Positions 57,642-64,000 of a DNA stretch of 64,000 nt are shown piece after piece. The notes beneath the pieces were generated by a model that saw nothing but the letters and a program-made list of their open reading frames with translations, did no database searches and had not been told where the DNA came from. The DNA is from an uncultured Alphaproteobacteria bacterium. GTDB lineage: Bacteria; Pseudomonadota; Alphaproteobacteria; RF32; CAG-239. Position 1 is the first letter of the stretch. Every line of letters starts with the position of its first letter. The stretch is from NCBI GenBank assembly GCA_944391505.1, contig CALXTV010000008.1, positions 2,109 to 66,108 on the forward strand. Direction: 5' to 3'. The translations under genes were made by a program, and so were the position numbers.

Positions 57642-57943
57642 CAGCGGATATCTGGATGCTTTTGACCATATTGGTTCTGGCCTGCTTTGTCGGCTATTTT
57701 GTCGTCTGGGGCGTAACCCCGGCTCTGCATTCGCCGCTGATGAGCGTTTCCAACGCCGTTTCGGGCGTTGTCATTGTCGGCGCCCTGATTACGGCGGGCA
57801 CTCCGGAAATGAGCACGCATAAAATTCTCGGCCTGATTGCCGTCGTTTTGGCTTCAATCAATATTTTCGGGGGCTTTGCCGTCTCCCAGCGTATGCTGGC
57901 GATGTTCAAAAAGAAAAAACGCAGCCATGAGGAGAAAAAATAA
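57638..57943 (+). CDS. NAD(P) transhydrogenase alpha subunit, membrane part
   Basis: [18 protein letters not shown]; NIFGGF.V.QRML.MF. Confidence 0.95.
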   Translation: MTADIWMLLTILVLACFVGYFVVWGVTPALHSPLMSVSNAVSGVVIVGALITAGTPEMSTHKILGLIAVVLASINIFGGFAVSQRMLAMFKKKKRSHEEKK

Positions 57944-59307
57944 TGAATACCGCCTACGTTTCCGCCACCTACCTGCTCTCCTGCGTTCTGTTCATCTTGT
58001 CGATTCGCGGACTTGCTTCGCCGGAGACGGCCAGACGCGGCAATATTCTCGGCATGCTCGGAATGGCCAGTGCCATACTGGTCACGATATATTCGCCGGT
58101 CGTCGGCGAATATGCCTGGCTGTTCGGAGCCATTGCCGTCGGCGGAATTATCGGCACCTGGTTTGCCCTGAAAGTAAAAATGACGGCGCTGCCCCAGATG
58201 ATTGCCGCATTTAACGGCCTGGGCGGCTTATCTTCCGTTTTCATCGCCGCCGCCGAAATTATTTCCGGCTCGCAAACCCGGCTTGAATCTTCGCTCGGCC
58301 TGCTTATCGGCGCCGTTGCCTTTTCCGGGTCGGTTGTCGCTTTCGCCAAACTGCAGGGATTAATGTCGCCCAAAGCGATTATCTTTCCGGGACAGCAGCT
58401 GCTCAACCTTATTCTCGGATTATCCGTTGCAGCGCTCTGCGTTTTCTTTATTCTAAGCGGACGGAACGATCTTTTCTATATTCTTGCCGGAATATCCGTT
58501 CTGCTTGGGTTTCTGCTGGTTTTACCCATCGGCGGCGCCGACATGCCGGTTGTTATTTCGGTTCTTAACGCCTATTCCGGCTGGGCGGCCGTCGGCATCG
58601 GCTTCTCGCTCAACAACGTTTTGCTGATTATCGTCGGCGCCATTGTCGGAGCCAGCGGCACAATTCTTTCCTATATCATGACCAAAGCCATGAACCGTTC
58701 GCTGACCAGTGTCATGCTCGGCGGTTTTGGTGCCGAAACACACCAAAGCGCTAAAGGCGGCGGGGAAGAAAAGACCGCCAAAGCGGGCAACCCGCAGGAC
58801 GCCGCTTTCATCATGGAAAATGCCTCAAAAGTCATTATCGTCCCCGGCTACGGCACGGCCGTCGCACAGGCGCAGCATGTTCTGAAAGAACTGGCCGGCG
58901 ACCTGCGCAGCTTATATGATGTCGACGTAAAATTTGCCATTCATCCGGTTGCCGGACGCATGCCCGGACACATGAACGTTCTGCTTGCCGAAGCCGGCGT
59001 CCCCTATGAAGACATCTATGCACTGGAAGAAATCAATCGCGAATTTGCTTCTGCTGACGTTGCTTATGTTATCGGCGCCAACGACATTACCAACCCGCTG
59101 GCGCGTACCGACCCGAACGCACCGATTTACGGAATGCCGATTCTCGAAGTGGAAAAAGCCAAAACCGTTTTCTTTGTCAAACGCTCACTGGCCAGTGGTT
59201 ACGCCGGCGTCGAAAATCCGCTGTTCTTTGCCGACAACACCATCATGCTTTACGGCGACGCCAAAAAAGTAACCGAGGAAATCGTCGGCACGCTGGAACG
59301 CAAATAA
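57943..59307 (+). CDS. pntB: NAD(P) transhydrogenase beta subunit
   Basis: PIGGADMPV, KAMNR, HPVAGRMPGHMNVLLAE. Confidence 0.97.
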   Translation: MNTAYVSATYLLSCVLFILSIRGLASPETARRGNILGMLGMASAILVTIYSPVVGEYAWLFGAIAVGGIIGTWFALKVKMTALPQMIAAFNGLGGLSSVFIAAAEIISGSQTRLESSLGLLIGAVAFSGSVVAFAKLQGLMSPKAIIFPGQQLLNLILGLSVAALCVFFILSGRNDLFYILAGISVLLGFLLVLPIGGADMPVVISVLNAYSGWAAVGIGFSLNNVLLIIVGAIVGASGTILSYIMTKAMNRSLTSVMLGGFGAETHQSAKGGGEEKTAKAGNPQDAAFIMENASKVIIVPGYGTAVAQAQHVLKELAGDLRSLYDVDVKFAIHPVAGRMPGHMNVLLAEAGVPYEDIYALEEINREFASADVAYVIGANDITNPLARTDPNAPIYGMPILEVEKAKTVFFVKRSLASGYAGVENPLFFADNTIMLYGDAKKVTEEIVGTLERK

Positions 59308-59313
59308 CCCTTC

Positions 59314-60102
59314 CTAAAACTCCAGCACCGGAAGAACATAATAGTCAACATTGCTCTTATTGTAGTAATTCAAATAGCTACCGTTAAGGTTCGCATACCA
59401 CGCACTGTAGTATGAGTTCTCCGAGGAAGACCACACCCGATAATCACCAATAGATGCACCACCCACCTGATTTACAGTCGCATTAATCGTCGACCAGTTC
59501 CTCTGAATGTTCCTTAAAATACCGGCTGCTGGCAGACACCATTTACCCGCCATCTCTGTGGTCGGCGCATATTTCCGTGTCGCCAAGGCTGCCTGATTCT
59601 TACTCACATCACTTATTGCAACAATCTTATCCGTATTTCCACAACTGTCAAAATCTGCTTCAGCCTCTGCTGCACTTGTTAAATTTGGAAGTTCGGGAAC
59701 ATCCGTCATATAAAGCCCCCAAAACATGCCGACACGGGAACTACTCTTATTCCCGTCTTTATCAATCCACCACGGCGCCATAATCTGACCGTGCTTACCG
59801 CCGTCCGTCACATAAACCACAATGCCCAACACCGTTTTGCTGTTGTTGTGGTTTGACGCGGCAACACAGGTGTTGTCCGTATAGAAAATATCGCCGATAT
59901 GGCATTTCGGACGCGGCGTCGGACAGTAATAACCGTCTCCGGTCGGGCATTTCAAACCGCCCCGCGGACATTCTTCTTTACTGTATTTGTACCCGAGCAA
60001 AGCGCATTCCGGCGTCGCCGTGCAGGTGGCAGCCAAAACATCGGAAGCATAAAAGACAGAAGCAAAAGCGGAAAGTAAAAGAAAAAGATATTGTGTTTGC
60101 AT
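59314..60102 (-). CDS. Secreted protein with a Cys-rich N-terminal module and a DUF1566/CLec-like C-terminal domain; candidate DGR target
   Basis: GGAG RBS; signal peptide; IGDIFYTD..GIVVY..HG; WCLPA; WSSSE....AW...V.PVLEF end. Confidence 0.75.
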   Translation of the reverse strand: MQTQYLFLLLSAFASVFYASDVLAATCTATPECALLGYKYSKEECPRGGLKCPTGDGYYCPTPRPKCHIGDIFYTDNTCVAASNHNNSKTVLGIVVYVTDGGKHGQIMAPWWIDKDGNKSSSRVGMFWGLYMTDVPELPNLTSAAEAEADFDSCGNTDKIVAISDVSKNQAALATRKYAPTTEMAGKWCLPAAGILRNIQRNWSTINATVNQVGGASIGDYRVWSSSENSYYSAWYANLNGSYLNYYNKSNVDYYVLPVLEF

Positions 60103-60232
60103 GGTCTTACTCCAAAACAGAATATTTTCAGACGGATTAACACCGTCCGTCAGACCACAAACACCTATTATTGACAGGATACCCCAATTCCTGGAAAGAG
60201 TCAATTAATAATGAGTGTCCGTTTCTTTCCGG

Positions 60233-60790
60233 CTAAATATACAACAAGAACAGAAAAGCGATGGCCGCATACATAACAACGCCGCGGAAAAACATACCCG
60301 CCACCTTAAAATCCACCGATGACGGAATAGCGTTTTCAACAATAATCGTCTGCAGCAAAACATACAAAACATAGTTGGTAAAAGTCGGCTGCATAAACGG
60401 CAATATGTGACGGTTTATATAAAAACCTATCGGCAGCAGCAAAAACGGTGCCAACGCGGCCGGAACCGCATTATAATAGGTAATGTTCCGAAAACCGACG
60501 CTTCCCATCACATAATCGCCGTTTTCGTTTCTCTTCGGAAAAAGCGTAAAATTGCAGGGCTTGGCATTAAACAGCGCACCGACCAGAAAATGCATCAGTT
60601 CGTGCAGAAACGTTCCCGGAATATTGACCAGAGCGCTCAGCCACATGCTGCGATATGTCGTATATTTGAAGCGCATCAAAATCACAACCAGCAAAATCAG
60701 ATAAAAACGATTATCGAAAAAACTCTGCAAAAACTGCGGATTATGAATAAAGCTGAGAATTTTATAATACAAATGCCAAACAACGTCCAT
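60233..60790 (-). CDS. Membrane protein with HExxH (M50-like putative metallopeptidase)
   Basis: PGTFLHELMH, GSV, ALAP, PSSVD. Confidence 0.75.
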   Translation of the reverse strand: MDVVWHLYYKILSFIHNPQFLQSFFDNRFYLILLVVILMRFKYTTYRSMWLSALVNIPGTFLHELMHFLVGALFNAKPCNFTLFPKRNENGDYVMGSVGFRNITYYNAVPAALAPFLLLPIGFYINRHILPFMQPTFTNYVLYVLLQTIIVENAIPSSVDFKVAGMFFRGVVMYAAIAFLFLLYI

Positions 60791-60794
60791 GTTA

Positions 60795-61388
60795 TCAATC
60801 CTTCTTCAATGCGGTCAAACCGGCCAGATAAGTGTTAAGCAGAAGCTTGCATATTGTCTTTTTGCTGACGCTGTTCATATCATCAAGAACCCTGGTCGTC
60901 AAAAAAGAGCTGACCGAAAACAGCGACAGCCACAAAACCTGCATTGACAAACGCCTTTCCCGCGGGCGTATATCTTTAAAAACCTCTTCAAACGCCGGCC
61001 GCCATATTTCAATAACCCGCACCAGCCGGCGCAAATAAGCGCGCGGCAGCTTTTTGACACTGGCCTGCAAATGAAAATGATACAACATAAACCACAAATT
61101 CCGGTTGCTGAGCACAAAACGGACAAACCCGTCCAGATAACGGTTCAGCGTTTTGTACGCGCTGCTGTCCGGCGACAATTTGCGAAGACTTCCGGCCAGT
61201 TCGTCGAGGGTCTGCAGATTCTCGGCCATGATAAAATTGTCCATATTGGCGAACTGATTATAAATTGTTCCGACCGAACAACCCGAAGCCTCTGCCAGCT
61301 TGCGCGCCGTCAGAAACGCCGCTCCCTGCGACACAACCAGCTCCCGTCCTTTGGCCAACAAATATTCCCGGATATTGTCTTTCGTCAT
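60795..61388 (-). CDS. TetR family transcriptional regulator
   Basis: LTARKLAEASGCSVGTIYNQF. Confidence 0.93.
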   Translation of the reverse strand: MTKDNIREYLLAKGRELVVSQGAAFLTARKLAEASGCSVGTIYNQFANMDNFIMAENLQTLDELAGSLRKLSPDSSAYKTLNRYLDGFVRFVLSNRNLWFMLYHFHLQASVKKLPRAYLRRLVRVIEIWRPAFEEVFKDIRPRERRLSMQVLWLSLFSVSSFLTTRVLDDMNSVSKKTICKLLLNTYLAGLTALKKD

Positions 61389-61456
61389 CTCAATCTTATA
61401 TTGTTTAATAAAATATTTGCAAATTATGCTTAAGATAAAACTATCATAGAATAAAT

Positions 61457-61471
61457 TTGAACACCGTTCAA
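61457..61471. promoter_or_regulatory. Candidate TetR operator
   Basis: Palindrome TTGAAC-ACC-GTTCAA in the divergent intergenic region. Confidence 0.5.
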
Positions 61472-61502
61472 TTTTTTTCTTATTTTATTGAAGGATAAAG
61501 TT

Positions 61503-62384
61503 ATGAAAAAAGGTCTTCTCCTCCTGAACCTTGCGCTGTTTTGGCCGATGCCGGCCGGCGCGGCGGAAGATGTAAGCGATTTTTACCAAAACCTGCTGGT
61601 TACCGACGAAGTTATTGCGGCCGAAAACGAAGACATTGCCATTGAAAACGCCCGCAAAATGCTGGACACCAAACCTAAAATTCTGAAGATGAAAGACAAC
61701 AAAATCGTCCGGCTGCCCAACCGCGACGCCGTCAAAGCCGCTCCAAGCGACGGCTCCACGCTCTCTGCTTCAAACACACAACCGATAGCAAAGCAAGAAA
61801 GACCCGCCGCTGCACCTTTCGGCCTGATCTGGGGCGCCTCGGTTAAAGAAACGGAAAACCTAGGCGTAACACTGACGCCTGCCGGAGAAAAAGACTATAT
61901 GAACAACTACACGACCAAAAATCTGCCCAACAGCCTGCACGATTTCCGCGACGTTGTTCTGACCTTCGGCGTCAACGACCGCCTGTGGCGGATTATCGCT
62001 TACGGAAACTTCATCAAAGACGATGCCTCGGCCTCCGGCGTCCTGAAAATATATCGTCAGTACTTCAATCTTTTGTCGCAAAAATACGGCAATGCTCAGG
62101 AGTTCTACACACCGAACATCATCAATGTCGACAAAACCGTAACCGACGAACGCGGCAAACAGAAAACCATAACCGAACAAAAAAAGCAGCCGCTCGGCAA
62201 TCCAGATTTTTTACAGGAACTTGAAAACGGCACGGCCGAACTCTATGCCACCTTTGAAAACGGCACCATCGGCGCGGCGCTCGGCGTCAATGTCGACGGC
62301 AATGGTCAGAGTTATATTACCGTGGACTACAAAAACCTCAAACTCATGAAAGAACGCGAAGCCGAAATGCTTAACGCGCTGTAA
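61503..62384 (+). CDS. Hypothetical secreted/periplasmic protein
   Basis: AAGGA RBS; signal peptide; APFGLIWG motif. Confidence 0.75.
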   Translation: MKKGLLLLNLALFWPMPAGAAEDVSDFYQNLLVTDEVIAAENEDIAIENARKMLDTKPKILKMKDNKIVRLPNRDAVKAAPSDGSTLSASNTQPIAKQERPAAAPFGLIWGASVKETENLGVTLTPAGEKDYMNNYTTKNLPNSLHDFRDVVLTFGVNDRLWRIIAYGNFIKDDASASGVLKIYRQYFNLLSQKYGNAQEFYTPNIINVDKTVTDERGKQKTITEQKKQPLGNPDFLQELENGTAELYATFENGTIGAALGVNVDGNGQSYITVDYKNLKLMKEREAEMLNAL

Positions 62385-62403
62385 CGAAAATAAGGACGAT
62401 TTA

Positions 62404-63768
62404 ATGACTAAAGTTAGTTTTTGCGGAATCTCGGGCAGCGGCATGAGCGCTCTTGCCCAGATACTGAAACTGCGCGGCAACGAAGTTTACGGCTCCGACC
62501 GCAGCTTTGACCAGGGAAAAGATCAGAACAACCGAAAAGCTCTTGAAGAAATCGGCATTGTCATCAAACCGCAGGACGGTTCTGCCGTAACCGACGACCT
62601 TGAAACCCTCTATGTTTCCACCGCCGTCGAAGACAGTATTCCCGATGTCAAAGCCGCTCTGAAAAAAAACATTCCGATAAAAAAACGTTCTGACCTTCTG
62701 GCCGAAATATTCCACCAATATCCTTACAACATTGCCGTCGGCGGCACCAGTGGCAAAACCACCACCACCGCGATGATCGGCTATGTTCTGGATACTCTCG
62801 GCAAAAATCCCTGTGTCATTAACGGCGGACTGCTGCTAAACTATGCCGGTCGCCGCGGAATTCCCAATATCATTTACAATCAGGGCGACATCTGCGTCAT
62901 TGAGGCCGACGAAAGCGACGGTTCCATCGAAAAATATCATCCTTACATCGCGCTGATTAACAATATTACCCTCGACCACAAACCGATTGAAGAACTTCGC
63001 CGGCTGTTTGCCGACTTTGCGCACCGCGCCCGCGGCGGCGTTGTCATCAATGCCGATTGCGAAGCCTGTGCGGATATCCGCAGTCCGGATAAAACGAACT
63101 TGACTTTTTCGGTTGAAGGAAAACCGGCGGATTTCTCGGCCAAAGACATCAAAGCGCTTCCCGACGGCACGCAATATACGCTCGACGGCAGAACTTTCCG
63201 CCTCAAACTCATCGGTTGTTTCAACGTCGCCAATGCCCTGGCCGCCATCGCCGCCTGCTCGCTGCTCGGCGTGGACAAGTTTGCCGCAGCCGAAGCTTTG
63301 GAGGGTTTCCTCGGCACCCACCGCCGCCTCGAGATTGTCGGCAGCAAAAAAGGCGTCACCGTCATTGACGACTTTGCCCACAATCCGGATAAAGTTTTTG
63401 CCTCAATGTCGGCGTTGCGCAGTTATCCCGGGCGTCTTTTGATCATGTTCCAGCCGCACGGTTTCAGCCCGATGCGCCTGATGGGACGCCAGATAATCGA
63501 ATCTTTTGCCCAAACCATGACCAACGAAGATATCCTGCTCATGCCCGAAATCTACTTCGCCGGTGGTACCGTTACCCGCGACATTTCATCAAACGACCTG
63601 ATTAACTATGCCCGCGAACTCGGCAAACAGGCGTTCTTTTTCGACAACCGCACCCAAGCCGGCGACTATCTGAAAAGAAACGCCCGCCCCGGTGACCGCA
63701 TTGTCATCATGGGAGCCCGGGACAATTCTCTGCCCGCTTTTTGCAGCGAAATCTTAGAGGAGTTATAA
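62404..63768 (+). CDS. MurC/Mpl-family UDP-MurNAc ligase, probably for recycling
   Basis: GISGSGMSALA, GTSGKTTT, IEADESDG, DDFAHNP, FQPHG. Confidence 0.9.
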   Translation: MTKVSFCGISGSGMSALAQILKLRGNEVYGSDRSFDQGKDQNNRKALEEIGIVIKPQDGSAVTDDLETLYVSTAVEDSIPDVKAALKKNIPIKKRSDLLAEIFHQYPYNIAVGGTSGKTTTTAMIGYVLDTLGKNPCVINGGLLLNYAGRRGIPNIIYNQGDICVIEADESDGSIEKYHPYIALINNITLDHKPIEELRRLFADFAHRARGGVVINADCEACADIRSPDKTNLTFSVEGKPADFSAKDIKALPDGTQYTLDGRTFRLKLIGCFNVANALAAIAACSLLGVDKFAAAEALEGFLGTHRRLEIVGSKKGVTVIDDFAHNPDKVFASMSALRSYPGRLLIMFQPHGFSPMRLMGRQIIESFAQTMTNEDILLMPEIYFAGGTVTRDISSNDLINYARELGKQAFFFDNRTQAGDYLKRNARPGDRIVIMGARDNSLPAFCSEILEEL

Positions 63769-63771
63769 GAC

Positions 63772-64000
63772 ATGAAACTTAATCCAGGCGATAAAGTCGG
63801 TATCATCAGCCCGTCATCTTTTCTGCGCAGCCGCGAAGCCGTTGAACTCGGGCTCGACTATCTTCGCTCTCTCGGACTTGAACCGATTCTCGGCAATCAT
63901 GTTTACGACACGTTCCGCTACATGGCCGGAACCCCCGAAAACCGGGTGGCCGACCTTCATCGTTTCTATGCCGACCCGGAAATAAAAGCCGTCTTCTGCA
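63772..64000 (+). CDS. ldcA: LD-carboxypeptidase (peptidase S66), partial
   Basis: MKLNPGDKVGIISPSS...MAGTPENRVADLHRFYADPEIKAVFC. Confidence 0.88.
   Translation, partial: MKLNPGDKVGIISPSSFLRSREAVELGLDYLRSLGLEPILGNHVYDTFRYMAGTPENRVADLHRFYADPEIKAVFC

Noticed and set aside
56523-57943. Split pntA as a pseudogene
   Set aside because: The alpha1/alpha2 split is the normal Rhodospirillum-type transhydrogenase arrangement

Overview
Chromosomal window from an alphaproteobacterium with no prophage, transposase, rRNA, tRNA or CRISPR array. The taxon call rests on GapR/DUF2312, split pntAA/pntAB/pntB, the atpI-B-E-F'-F order, a Zn-free L36, CtrA boxes and GANTC clusters; the gene content suggests an uncultured, probably gut-associated Rhodospirillales-like lineage (inference). 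The backbone is housekeeping: uvrC, glmM-ftsH-tilS-cpoB-pal, ppdK, fliOP, dciA-dsbA, F0 ATP synthase, galU, asmA, a cdd-PNP-deoCAB operon, pgeF-djlA-amiD, tolB, ruvX, lepA, ettA, pyk, chrA x2, pnt and mpl/murC-ldcA. Six accessory items stand out. (1) A lipoprotein plus beta-barrel cassette (14802-18198) carrying Bacteroidota-type signals and bracketed by dense GANTC clusters. (2) An operon of a secreted Cys-rich repeat protein and two paralogous Pol-beta-type nucleotidyltransferases (45612-48976). (3) A Cys-rich/CLec-like protein whose 3' end has a DGR variable-region codon signature (59314-60102), with no RT or template repeat in the window. (4) A C4-like structured RNA leader with a terminator before an XRE HTH gene (39344-39815). 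(5) Modular RPE-like palindromic repeats abutting the stop codons of three genes. (6) A tandem orphan paralog family (9022-11174). All functional calls come from reading motifs by eye; no database searches were run.
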